Positions 11,960-24,600 of a stretch of 62,821 nt of DNA are shown in pieces. The stretch covers positions 1 to 62,821 of the forward strand of contig MU054125.1 in NCBI GenBank assembly GCA_013239625.1, in the 5' to 3' direction. Origin of the DNA: Lama guanicoe. Its lineage: Eukaryota. The position numbers were made by a program, and so were the translations under genes. The notes under the pieces are model-generated. The model was given only the letters and a program-made list of their open reading frames with translations, did not search any database and had not been told where the DNA came from. The stretch's first letter is position 1; the number at the start of each line of letters is the position of its first letter.

Positions 11960-12350
11960 GCATGTTCTTCATGCTCAAAACACGGAAAGGGCAATAAGTG
12001 GGAAAAAAGCCCCAAAAGAGGTGCATTTAATTCTTCCTAATTTAAATTTAAGTGGTACATCTTTAAGGCCATAACGATACTCCCCGCCCCCCATCGGAAA
12101 CGCTTCCATCAGTGAATCTCCTTAATGTTGATGCTGGTTGGTGCAGTTCGAAGGAATCGGTATTTAGTCAGAAAATGCTTCAGTAGAATGACCTACCAGA
12201 CAGGCCCCAAAACAAAGCACAGAGGCATCAAGCCACCACAGACATTTGGTGCTTAGAGTAATAAAAAGACTATAAAATTAGATTAGTTGAGTCTAATTTG
12301 GAATTGGTATATTCCCCATGCACCCTCGCTGCTCTTGGCAGGTAAAGCCT
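11960..12350. repeat. MER121-like ancient conserved non-coding repeat
   Basis: Contains GTGCTTAGAGTAATAAAAAGACTATAAAATTAGATTAGTTGAGTCTAATTTGGAATTGGTATATTCC, which I recall as the MER121 core. Internal inverted repeat AAATTAGA (12275-12282) / TCTAATTT (12292-12299). Confidence 0.55.
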
Positions 12351-12811
12351 TGCGATTTAGCACTGTGTCAGAGTAGAAGGCTGCAACCTCCAGTAAAAGG
12401 GAGCCAGGGAGCCAGAGAGACGGGGGACAGAAGCATTCTGGGAGGTCACAGAGGGCAGAGCAGGGACCTCCAATGATGTACAGGCCTTTAGCTTGAAAGA
12501 AATTGTTTCAGTGGCATGATGGTAACAGCTTGTAATGAATTCGATGTCCTAATGTAATGAAATGACTCTCTTCTGCCCCCCCCTCCAAAAACACAATTAA
12601 TACTTACTGAGACCTGACAGCCTTAGGAGCGCTCGTCTGTGTGGCTCCCCCAGACAGTCAGGGCAGAGAGGCGAGCAGCGTGGCAGGCAGGCTGGCTCTG
12701 CACGAGCTCCTGGCAGGGACAAGCAGAGCCGGGTGCTCAGGGGACCGTGGCCACCTGGCTCCTTGGTGCTGCCCTGTGCAGCCTTCATGCTCTCCCCTTG
12801 CTTTCCTGCAG

Positions 12812-12883
12812 GCAGCTGGACAACCATTGCATTGGCTGCATTGAAGATGGAGCCTTCCGAGCGCTGCGCGATCTGGAGATCCT
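12812..12883 (+). pseudogene. SLIT3: Orphan 72-nt SLIT3 LRR exon copy (duplicated fragment)
   Basis: ctttcctgcag|...|gtgagt, 72 nt. Encodes [24 protein letters not shown] versus SLIT3 [24 protein letters not shown] (SLIT1 and SLIT2 have LEVL). The LRR Asn is changed to His, and no neighbouring SLIT exons are seen in the window. Confidence 0.85.
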
Positions 12884-13550
12884 GTGAGTGCCTTTTGTGA
12901 TCCCTGCCTCGTGTGCGTGCGCGAGTGTGTCCGGGTGAGGAGGGGAGAAGGGGAGTGTGTGTGCCAGGGGGTCTGTGTGGACACATTTCTGTGTCTTCTG
13001 CTGCAGAGCTATTGAAACTGGGAACTGGGGAGATCCCTCCGGCTCACCTTGGCCAAAGTGTTTGTGGGCAGCAAAATGTGGTTTCTCACCTCCCACGGAC
13101 TAGGGTTCCTGCTAACTAAGTCTCAGTTGAGTCCTTTCTCCCCGAATGCTCCTGCGGTATTTGTTACTGGGTGAAACAGATGGGCTGGAGTGAGACCACC
13201 AGCGCCTGCCAGAGCATTCAGGGAGAGTCTGCATGTGGGCTTGCGGAGAGACAGGTTACAGGTCTGGGAGATGAGAAAGGGGTTGCACCAAGGGTTCGGC
13301 TGGAATCATCCAGAATCAGAAAGAGACTTTGGCACAGGACCAGGGGGAATGCCAAGCAGCCTGGGAAAGTCCAGTCATTGCCACTGTTCTGGGGATCTCA
13401 TCTCAGGTTTAAAACCAAAGTTTAAGCAGTAACCTTAAAGTGACGGGGGTGTGGGGGAGGAAGAGAGGTGACGGATTCCTTCCCAGAAGACCACCCTGTG
13501 TACCTCGTCTGGGAAAAATGTGTGGCTACCTTTCTGTGTTCTGGATTTTC

Positions 13551-13989
13551 TTTTTTTTTTTTTAACTTTTTTTATTGAGTTACAGTCATTTTACAATGTT
13601 GTGTCAATTTCCAGTGTAAAGCATAATTTTCCAGTTATACATGAACATATATTCATTGTCACCTTTTGTTTTCTGTGAGCTACCACAAGATCTTGTGTAT
13701 ATTTCCCTGTGCTATACAGTATAATCTTGTTTATCTATTCTGCATATGCCTGTCAGTATCTACAAATTTTGAAATCCCAGTCGGCCCCTTCCCACCCTCC
13801 TCCCCTTTGGCAACCTCAAGTTTGCATTGTATGTCTCTGAGTCTGTTTCTGTATTTATGTTTTGTTTTTTTTTTAGATATCACATATGAGCGATCTCATA
13901 TGGTATTTTTCTTTCTCTTTCTGGCTTACTTCACTTAGAATGACATTCTCCAGGGACATCCATGTTGCTGCAAATGGCATTATGTTGTC
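13551..13989 (-). mobile_element. Young L1, ~440 bp 3' fragment
   Basis: Poly-T followed by L1 3' UTR and the ORF2 end; truncates at ...ttatgttgtc. Confidence 0.9.
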
Positions 13990-16277
13990 TTTTTTTTTTT
14001 TTTACTTTTTTTTATTTGAGTTTTAGTCTTTTTACAATTTTGTGTCAATTTCCAGTGTATAGCACAATTTTTCATTTTTACACAAACATACATACATTCA
14101 CTGTCACATTCTCTTCTGCTGTGAGCCACCACAAGATCCTGTATATATTTCCCTGTGCTACACAGTACAATCTTGTTTCTGTTCTACATTTTGAAATCCC
14201 AGTCCCTTCCCACCCTCCGTCCCCCTGGCAGCCACAAGTTTGTATTCTGTCTATGGGTCTGTTTCTGTTTTGTAATTTTTTTTATAGCCGCGTATGAGTG
14301 ATTTCATATGGTATCTTTCTTTCTCTTTCTGGATTACTTCACTTAGAATTGACATTCTCCAGTAACATCCATGTTGCTGCAAATGGCGTTACGTTGTCAG
14401 TTTTTATGGCTGAGTAGTATTCCACTGTATAAACGTATCACTTCTTCTTTATCCAGTCATCTGTTGATGGACATTTGGGCTGTCTCCGTGTCTTGGCTAT
14501 TGTAAATAGTGCTGCTATGATCATTGGGGGGCAGGTGTCATTCTGAAGCAGGGATTCTTCAGGATATAAGCCCAGGAACGGGATTCCTGGGTCATATGGT
14601 AAGTCTACTCGTAGTTTTTTGAGGAATCTCCATACTGTTTTCCACAGTGGCTGCACCAAACTGCATTCCCATCAGCAGTGTAGGAGGGTTCCCTTTTCTC
14701 CACAGTCTCTCCAGCATTTGTCATTTGTGGACTTTTGAATGATGGCCATTCTGACTGGTGTGAGGTGATAACTCATTGTAGTTTTGATTTGCATTTCTCT
14801 GATAATTAGTTCTACTGAGCATGTTTTCATGTGCCTATTGATCATTTGTATTTCTTCCTTGGAGAATTGTTTGTTTAGGTCTTCTGCCCATTTTCAGATT
14901 GAGTTGTTTGTTTTTTTCTTACATGGTCGTATGAGCTGCTTATATATTCTGGAGATCAGGCGTTTGTCAGTTTCATCGTTGGCAAAAATTTTCTACCATT
15001 CCGTAGGTGGTTGTTTTGTTTTACTTATGGTTTCCTTTGCAGTGCAGAAACTTGTAAGTTTAATTAGGTCCCATTTGTTTATTCTTGCTTTTATTTCTAT
15101 TGCTTGGGTAGACTGTCCTAAGAGAACATTTTTGAGATGTATGTCAGGTAATGTTTTGCCTATATTTTCTTCTAGGAGGTTTATTGTATCTTGTCTTATG
15201 TTTAAGTCTTTGATCCATTTTGAGTTTATTTTTGTGTATGGTGTAAGGGAGTGTTCTAGCTTCATTGCTTTAAATGCTGCTGTCCAGTTTTCCCAACACC
15301 ATTTGCTGAAGAGACTGTCTTTATTCCGTTGAATGCTCTTGCCTCCTTTGTCGAAGATGAGTTGACCAAAAGTTTGTGGGTTCATTTCTGGACTCTCTAT
15401 TCTATTCCATTGGTCCAAATGTCTCTTTTTGTACCAATACCATGCTGTCTTGATGACTCTAGCTCTGTAGTATTGTCTGAAGTCTGGGAGAGTTATTCCT
15501 CCAGCCTCTTTCTTTTTCTTCAGTAATGCTTTGGCAATTCTAGGTCTTTTATGGTTCCAAATAAATTTTATTATGATTTGTTCTAGTTCTGTGAAATATG
15601 TCCTGGGTAATTTGATAGGGATTGCATTAAATCTGTAGATTGCCTTCGGCAGTATGACCATTTTAACAATACTGATTCTTCCAATCTAGGAGTATGGGAT
15701 ATCTTTACATTTTTTTAAAGTCTTCTTTAATTTCATTCATCAATGGTTTATAGTTTTCTGTGTATAATTCTTTCACCTCCTTGGTTAGATTTATTCCTAG
15801 GTATTTTATTACTTCGGGTGCTATTTTAAAGGGGATTGTTTCTTTACTTTCTTTTCCTGTTGATTCATCATTAGTGTAAAGAAATGCAACTGATTTTTGA
15901 ATGTTAATCTTGTAACCTGCTACCTTGCTGAATTCTTCAATCAGCTCTAGTAGTTTTTGTGTGGACCTTTTAGGGTTTTCTATATATAGTATCATGTCAT
16001 CTGAATATAGTGACACTTTTACCTCTTTTCCAATTTGGATCCCTTTTATTTCTCTCTCTTGCCTGATTGCTGTGGCTAGGACTTACAAGACTATGTTGAA
16101 TAGGAGTGGTGATAGTGGGCAGCCTTGTCTTGTCCCAGATTTTAGTGGGAAGCTTTTGAGTTTTTCACTGTTGAGTACTACTATGCTGGCTGTAGGTTTG
16201 TCATATACAGCTTTTATTGTGTTGAGAGATGTTCCCTCTATACCCACTTTGTTGAGAGTTTTTATCATAAATACATA
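13990..16277 (-). mobile_element. 5'-truncated L1 (RT C-terminus to 3' UTR), frameshifted
   Basis: ORF2 peptides on - ([45 protein letters not shown]). A 10-bp TSD CTGGATTTTC (13541-13550 and 16278-16287) flanks both L1 pieces together. Confidence 0.95.
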
Positions 16278-16489
16278 CTGGATTTTCAAATGGTCCTAGC
16301 TAAGGAAACCTTATTTCTGGGGGAAAGTCAGCTAGGAGTCATCATGGGGTCATTCAAACTAAAATTGAATTGTGTAAGAAAACATTTTGACCAGTTCTCC
16401 CCCAAAACTACACTCCCAGCTGTCCCTAATTTGGGGAAACCTGGAGAGGAAGGCAATAAAGCCTAGCAGAACTTGCACCAGGACTCATG

Positions 16490-16640
16490 TGGTTCAGTCC
16501 CGACATGGCCCCTAAATTGGCTGTGTGACCTTGGGCAAGTCCCTTCCGTGCTTGAAGCCTCAGTTTTCTCATTTGGAAAATGAAAAGGGTGGCTGCTATA
16601 TCTCGGGGGTGACTTCCCCTTTCCATGTTCTGTAATTGCT
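16490..16640 (+). mobile_element. MIR SINE
   Basis: Core ctgtgtgaccttgggcaagtc...gcctcagttttctcatttggaaaatg. Confidence 0.75.
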
Positions 16641-19600
16641 TGCTTCTAAAAATAATTCTGATGGTACAGTTTGAGCCAGAATGATAACAGTAGGATGTGT
16701 TGAGCATCCTCCTGAAAATACAAAAATTACATAGTCACCAGGTTACCTATCTCTGCCTTCCAGAAGCATGAATAAATGTCAAATAAATAAATGAGTGAAT
16801 ATATTAAAATGTCCCTTTATCCATAAAGGAAGGTCCTCCTTCCACCTTCCTTTTCACCTGCCCTGCACACAGTAACAACAGGTTGGAGACATCCTCTTCA
16901 CATTGTGTGAGAGGAAGGTGATTCCAAGAGGAGTCATGGGAAGTCAGAGGGGATGCTGATACTGTAGGCTGCTGTAAATCAGATGAAAGCCGAGAGTTCC
17001 CAGTACAGAAAAGGCAGGACCCACAGCCAGAGAGGTCAGGTTGTCATTCCTAAGACGGATGGTCTCTCCTCACCCAAACTCTGACCCCGGAACCAGCAAC
17101 ACACCCATGTCTGCTAGGGAGAGGATGCCAGCCCCAGTTTAGTAACCCAGGACTTCTGTTATCAAGAGGCTGGAGCTGAGAAGGGAAGGCACAATTTTCC
17201 CTGCCTGCAAAAAGCCTCTGTGAAAAAGGGCTTGCCAGGAGCATATCACCTTCTTCTTGAGAAGGATGAGAAAACTCCCTGGGAAGAGACCAGGAAATGA
17301 AAGTCACCAGCTGCCACGAAACAGCTGTGATGACCTGACAGCTCACATGTTAGTTCTGTCAACCAGGAGTGGTATCATCTCGCCTCACCAGGAAGGCTGT
17401 CTAGGGGGAGAGGGGTGGGCGTACCGTCAGACACACCTGGGTGTGGGGTCCCAGATGTGGTGGGACGTTGGCCGGGCTAGTCTGCTTCTCTGAGTCTGTT
17501 TCCTTAACTTTGATGCCTTACATACTACACAGGAGGGGCCCTCTAAATGATGTCCCCTTCATATCCCTAACTTTCTCCCCACCATGCCCTCATCTCCGTC
17601 AAACCCTTGTCCAGGACAGAATTGGACTGCCCCTTTGTGATGTTTGCTATGACAATATGTAGATATTTTTAATCCAGATACACTAGGTCTCTCAAACTTG
17701 AAGCTTAAAAGCCTGTGATTAAAAAAAAAAGTCCTCATTCTCCATCATTGTAAAGAGCCCACAGGATCTGATTAGTTTATCTTCTCAATTCCAAACAAAG
17801 GTAGATCAAAATCTTTGTTTTCAAGACACTCTCGTTTGGCTTCACATGGCTAAGTACTTAAAATTAATGATAATCAGTTATTCCATGGGTTTTTAATTTC
17901 CAGCAGAGGCACACAGCTTTGGAACCATCCACCTTAATGGCAAGCCATCCTGAAATTGGCTGGAGCTGACATCTCCATTTAAAGGACCTCCCTGCCCTAC
18001 CCCCAGACCTTCCAAATCTCATCTACACATTGACATTTTATAATACTTCTCTGTAATCACGACTTAGGCACCATAAAAAACTTGACAATGAAATAATAAA
18101 TAGGCACTCAGTGAGAGCATCATACATTAACTTTATAAATTTTTCAGAGAGATAGAGATGGACAGAGAGGAGTTCAAAACACTGTCTCCACAAAGGTCAT
18201 CTTTAAATATCTCACGCTTCTGCAGTCTGCAAATCAAGAAGACAGAGTCTAGTATTTGGAGTGTGTTTTCTCTCTGGCATAAGGCAGCAGGAAGTACAAG
18301 ACTCCTGATTACTTCATGAAAATTATCTCTGAAAATTAAGTGTATGAACAAAAACTGCTAGTGGAACTATTTCACATGGGATCACCCTGATATTCCATCC
18401 TTTCTGTGGGTGGTAATACTGTCAACTCCTTTCCGTCGAGTCTGAGATCAGCCACACTGGTTTCATTGAATAGAACCTACCAGGTGAATCGGAGCTGGAA
18501 GCCCTAGCAGTGAGGAGTGAGGAACTGTGCAAGGTTGGGAAAGACTGTGAAATCTGCCCACTTCAACCTCATTTTTAACTCAGGCCCCCTGGGGTGACGT
18601 CCAGCACAGCGTATGGTACACAAAGGGAGAGAGCCACCACCCTCCCCTTTCCAGGCAGCCAGAAAAGGGAGTAAGGAGGAAAGCACAGTACAGGCAAAAC
18701 TTCTCAAGGCTCCCACACCGCTGCGGAGGAGGAATCGTAAGGCAGGTGATGACAGCTGACCTTCACTGTGTAGGTGCTGGCACCCAACACGAAAAGCAGC
18801 GCTTTTACATCTGTTATCTCTTTGCATCCTCACAACCCCTCCAAGAAACTCTTACTGTCACCCTCCTTTTCCAGAGGAATTCCCATTTCAGAGAAGCCAA
18901 GCAGTGGCTTAACTAGCAAGCAGCAGAACCTGTGTACTTAACCCTTCTCCCAAGCTGCCTTTCTGATCTGTGTTGCTAAGGCTCTCGTGGCGTTGGCTCC
19001 CCAGAAGCATGGCCGGCGTATGCTGCAGGGGGTTGTGAACTGGCCCCGAGGGCTGGTCGGGGCCAGCTGTCTGTGCCTCACAGTCCTGCTGAGGGGACTG
19101 CCAGAGCCTCCCACAGCTTGTGAGCTTGTCATTCCCTTTACCCAGTGGTGGGTCCCCACAAAGTGGAAGATAAATCAAACTCACAGGGGAGGGAAGGTCA
19201 TCCTGCTCGTCCATGACCTACATTCTAGTCCCAGAGGTGACTTTTTCTCACTTCTGGATGTCACCCATTGACTTTGGCACCCAGTGGTTTGGGGGGTCCG
19301 TTCTCTAGACCTCCCTAAATCGCAGCCCCGGCTTTCTGTAGGGAGTTTAGGGTTCTTAATTGAGGGGCCCTAGTTTTCTGTGACCCAGCCACCCTCTGTT
19401 ACCCAAATCATGGACCCTTCATTTCCACTCGTTCCGCATATTTGGCTGCTCACGTACAAGGTCGTACCAGAGTAAGGTGTGCTTAAACCGCAGTCAGATA
19501 TGCCGAGACTGTACTTCTCTGGCTGGTCAGGAACTGTGTGTAGAGGTACTCTGCGCCCTGGGGTTTTTGCCTCTGCCAGCTAGGTTGAGGACTGCCGGGC

Positions 19601-20454
19601 ATTTCACCAATTTTACCAGGCTCCTCCCTGCCCAACCTGCCATCCTAAGCCAGAAGAATAGTTAATGGGAAAAAAAGTTTAAGGGTATGGACAAGTGAAA
19701 CAGAAACAAGAAAACCTAGTTAGTAAAATATTTAATTTTTTTTCAGTAGTATTGCAGGAGAAGAGAAAAGATTCTCACTGTCTTCTGACTCTGTGCGGCA
19801 AATCAGTTCAGTAGATGTGCTGCCCAAAATGCCAAACCAAAGATGTCAGGAACACATCCTGAAAGTGCTCTCAGCGTGTGGTCTGCCCTTGATACATCAC
19901 AAGTACTGGCCAGATTCCCCATCGATCCAACAGGTCTGCAGATATCCAGTGTGTGCTGTTTTGAAAGCCCTGCTCCCATTCATGTCACTTACCACTTTTG
20001 GAAGTTTCATGCCATTATTATCGGCTGGCTGTGGGAGGACCTTAGATGTCTCTAGGACGACCTCTTATTGTTGAGATAAGGCATGGAAAGGTTAAGAGCA
20101 GGGTTAGGACTAGAGGGAGGCCTATGCCTCCTAATACTTTGTGTCTGGGGCACCCCACTTCCCTCACGCTTATCCTAGCCCTGGCTAGGAGACTTGCCAA
20201 GTGCAACAGCACATTGGCGGTAGCAAAGGACTAGAACCTGGGTCTCGGGACTCTGATCCCATGTTCTTTGCCTGCAGTGGGCATCTCCATGCAATGAGGC
20301 CGTTCAGAAGCAATCCTCTGGTAAAACTGGGGACCCTAATCACAGTTGTTCTTTCAAAACTCCTCATTAAATGTTTTATATTATTTAGGAGATTGGGGGA
20401 GGGCAAACTCTAGTCCATGACAGAAAGCATGATTCTGTTTTCAGCTTTCTTGAA

Positions 20455-20750
20455 ACCAGAGTTTGCAAACTAGACTACTGACTTCAGATGAGTTTTTTTT
20501 TAATTCAATAGAGTATTTACACTTTGAAATCAGCATTTCATATTGAAAATTTATGCTATTTTTTGTGCAAGTCCAGAATTCCAGCCTTGGACTTGGGCAA
20601 GCCAGAAGCATTGGCAACCCTGGGCTGCACTTCTGCATTGCAGTGGTCAGTTGTGGCTGAAAAGCACATACCCCCCTGAGATGGGGTGTGTAAGCTCCAC
20701 TTTCCACCAGCCTCCACCCACTTCAGTGACCTGCCAGTCCAGGCAGCCCA
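20455..20750 (+). mobile_element. MER102-like hAT-Charlie DNA transposon remnant
   Basis: Motifs gaagcattggcaaccctgggctgcac and gatggggtgtgtaagctccac resemble MER102 (recall). Confidence 0.45.
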
Positions 20751-21399
20751 TGCTTTAATCCATTTGAGAAGCAAGAGCACACTCTGCCAGGGACAGTAAA
20801 GCTTTAAGTGAGCAGGTGCTCTGGCGGATAATATGAGAAGAGAGATGAATACCCCTCACCAAGTTTCTTCCTCCCTAGACCCCAGTGTCAGCCTGTGGAA
20901 TGAGCAACCTCTCAGTCCTCGTTTGGAGAAAAGAAAGTCAAGAGTTAAAGCAGTGGTGGGAATTAGCCAGACTTTGATCGTAGTTTTAATTCAGCCACAT
21001 CCGGTCAGGCATGACATGGCCTGCCTCCAAGCCCTACTTTCAGGTACAGAACGTGAATATAGAAGAAAGTCGTCTTCCAGTATGATGAGACAGCAGGGGA
21101 AAGGAACTGACGACAGTCGTGACACCCAGATCAGGGTGTGCTCACTCCCCCCGGGGAGGGTGCTTGTCCCAGCTGAGGGGTGCTGGGCACTGTGTTGAAA
21201 CATTTATAAACACAGTCGGTCCAATTCAGAAAAGCTAGAGCTTAGTGCAAGTGGTGGTGGTCCTCCACTTCAAATGAGTGTCCTCTGTGTGGGAACTAGA
21301 TGTTCTGATTGACAGATAATAATGTATTGATATATTGTATAATGTAATACCATGCAAGTTACTACTATATAGTTATTATAAATATTGTGATTACTCTCA

Positions 21400-21610
21400 T
21401 AGCCTCCGTGCTTTAGCATCTGCTCTCTTCCAGGCACTGTGATGAAACATTAGAATGTCGCATCATACAGAACCCTCTCCACAACCTTACAAGGTAGATC
21501 TTGGTAATCAACTCTCACCAGTGAGGAAACTGAGGCTTAAAGAAGTTGAATAACTTGCCCGGGGTGACAATGACAAGCAGAGGGGGATTACTCTTCCAGT
21601 ATCAAATCCA
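21400..21610 (-). mobile_element. MIR SINE
   Basis: gaggaaactgaggcttaaagaagttgaataacttgccc. Confidence 0.75.
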
Positions 21611-24600
21611 GCTCCACCGGCACTTAACTTCCCTGCTACAAAATGTTAAAGTTAAAAAACATGTACCAGAGCACACATACCAAAACACAAAACAGTTGTA
21701 TGCACTGGTGAGATTATTAGCTGTAGAAAATGCCCAGAATAATTCAGGAAGCACACTTTTTTTTTTTTTTGAGAAGTTGACCCCCAGGACACTCAGATCT
21801 AAGCCTGTGACATCAGCTTAATCAGCCTCACGTCCCATCCTGTGAAACTGCCCCAGATGTGGAGGCAGGAGGCAAAGGCTGAGCTGCTTGAGGGGATTAC
21901 TGTCCTCCCATCAGACTGGTGGCCAAACTAGCTTCACCAAATTGGGTGGTTTGGGGTTCATTTCCTTGAAAAAGAGAAGTAATACCAGCCTTTAGGCTAG
22001 TTGTGTGGACTGAAGGAGATACCTCAGGCATGTGGCTGGCAAATAGCAGATGTCCAGTCAGGGTGCTTATAAACACCAAAATTGAAAAATATTCCTGTAC
22101 TGCTCACTGCCTGACCTCTAGGACCTTGCACAAGCCTGGCCCATAGTAGGTGGTCAGTTAAAGTTCATGGAACCACATTGAGTTGAAATTTGGCTCAGCC
22201 CCCTGCATCCGCGGATGCAGTATCCCACCAATCCATCTGCAGTTGGAGCTGAGATGCAGAACCAGCAGGGGCCGGGGGGCGATTGTAATGAACTGAATTT
22301 GAGGTTTTCCCCACCCCAGGCTCAAGCTTCTCCCTTGTGTCTCAGCCCTGAACAGAACTATGGTTGTGGTTGTTCTAGAATTATTTTAAATGTTGAGCAA
22401 TGTAGCATTTTACTGAAACAGCACGTTTCTCATATTACTTTTGGTCTTCTATTCCTTCAGCTAAGTGGTGATTTTTTTTTCCTTTTTAATAATGAACAAA
22501 ATTAGAGCCGTGGTGAAAATTGGTGTTTTCTAACAGAGACAAGATGCATTTTTCATTTATTTACTAAACATCTCACCTGGGTTTCTCTGGGAAATGCAAA
22601 CATTTTATTTGTTTCAACAGTGGTTGGAATCTGGGTGTTCAGTCATGACATGGCTTTGAATATAGAACTGTCATTGCTTAATCTTAAAATTCCAGAACAT
22701 GATTTTTTTTTTTGGTACTGTGCTACAATTTGTGATTTGTTGAGGCGATCAGGATTAAAATTGTGCTTTGTGGAAAGCACAGTAACTTCCATTCAGCCCC
22801 CAGTGCACTTGGAAAGGATCTGAGTTTCCCATAAATGCACACCCTCATTCACAGTCACCCAGACTGCAGCCAGATCCTTATCAAGCTCTTAAGTGACAGG
22901 CTTGGTTTTGAGAACATCAGCTTAAGGAAAAAGCACCTAAGTAGCACTCTAACAGTCTGAGTAACTAGAATCTGGGGGGTTCTAGTGGTGTCCATGTTCT
23001 TTCATTTTCCTGTTCCTGTAAAGGCTAGTTTAGTCTCTGAACTGAAAATGTAGTGGTGAACATCCCTGAGTTGACGATATGGTGAAGATCATCGAACCGT
23101 CCTTTACCAACAGAGGGTCTTGAATTAGCAAGACCCCCATTGTCATCATGTCCTGTGAGTGACACTTAGGTGGACTCAAGTAATAGTAGTGCTGCCTTAG
23201 TGGGTAGCGCAGGTTTGGAGCTGAGTGGAAGTACTGCATGCGGACAGGGCGTGCCCTCTGCAGATCTCCAGTAGCTCCCACCTGCTTTCCTGCCTGCCCT
23301 GCTCCAAACCTGTGGAGCCATTTCACATCCATGAGTAAGCACAGTGTTTAAACAGTGTATTTTCTGAAGCTGAATACTTTGAAGTGCCTGCCACATCCCT
23401 CACCCTCCACTCTGCCCTTTCCGTCTCTTAATTTTACACCTGGATCTTACACCCTCCAAAGACCCATTTTCACTGAAACCCAGGAGTATGGATATTAAAA
23501 CCGTCTCCCACCAAAGCAAAACCGTCTTTGTGCATTACTTTCTGGACGCCAATTATTCACTTCTCTCAGGTCTGCAAATGATTTCCACAAAGTCAGCTGG
23601 GCAGGAAAGTCGCTCCCATGTCTGGACCCGTCCCTGCTCCACACATAAGCCGAAGATGCAGGAGGCGGTCAGGGAAGCAAGCCTGCTAACCCCACAGAAG
23701 CTGAGCCTGGTCTCTGCATAAAGAGAAAGAAAAAGAGCTGAACCCACACAACTCTTTCCGAATGCTGCACAGCGGGGCTGGTTGCAGCTTTCATCAGAGT
23801 TTGACCAGACGTCCTGTCTTTATGCAGACCCCTTCCATGGGCTTCTGGAAAACTATTCGCATTCCAGGAGTGCCATTTTAGAGCCAGCACCAGTCCATTT
23901 GGAATCAGAGAGCAGAACTGTGGGCTGGAAAGACCCTGGGGGTCAACTGGTCCCACCACTTCATTTTAAGAGAAGGAAACTCCCCTAGAAAGGCTGTGAC
24001 TTGCCCACAGCCATAGGAAAATGTCATGGAAGAGCCAGGCCAGAAAACGGGTCTGACTCTCAGTCCAATGCTGCATATTGCCATCTACCCTTTCCCTTTA
24101 TCAGCAGACAGGAAAAATAATTAGGGAAGCCAGCCTGTGTCCTGTCCCTCCCATCATCCCTTAATCTCCAGCATTTTGCCAGAGGGAACATTTTACATTT
24201 GGCATGGGGGCCGCATCCTCCCTTTCTAGGATCTTCCAATCCTGCAGCCTCTGCATGAGGGAGTGCCCCAACAGGAGGCTGTCAGGGGAAATATCAAATT
24301 CTGCATCATTGATCCCAGCTGCCAGGGGTGACCAGAGGGGGCCAGTGAGTAAGCGCCAGGGACCCCTGCCCATCTTTGAGCCCAAATAGTGCAAGGTATA
24401 AATTGTCCCCAGCTCCCTGAGAGAGTCCCTCCCTTACCAATATCAGCGGATGAAAACAAGGTCTGTCTGACCTGTCAGCCCAAGAGCAGAGCCTCCTTCC
24501 TGGAAAGAGTTTTTTTCTGCCAACAGGTCTGAAGTGGCTTAGTTTGGAACAGTACACAAGAAAACGTGTATATTTAGCCACAGAGCTGATGGTGTGCAGA

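Noticed and set aside
12812..12883. Window being the functional SLIT3 locus
   Set aside because: The conserved LRR Asn is lost, the next SLIT3 exons (TLNNNNI.., LHSNHLYCDC..) are not seen in the 50 kb downstream, and CEP162 fragments lie immediately upstream.
14784..16299. Long ORFs (222 aa on -, 182 aa on +) as host genes or an active L1
   Set aside because: They are fragments and antisense frames of a 5'-truncated, frameshifted L1 ORF2.
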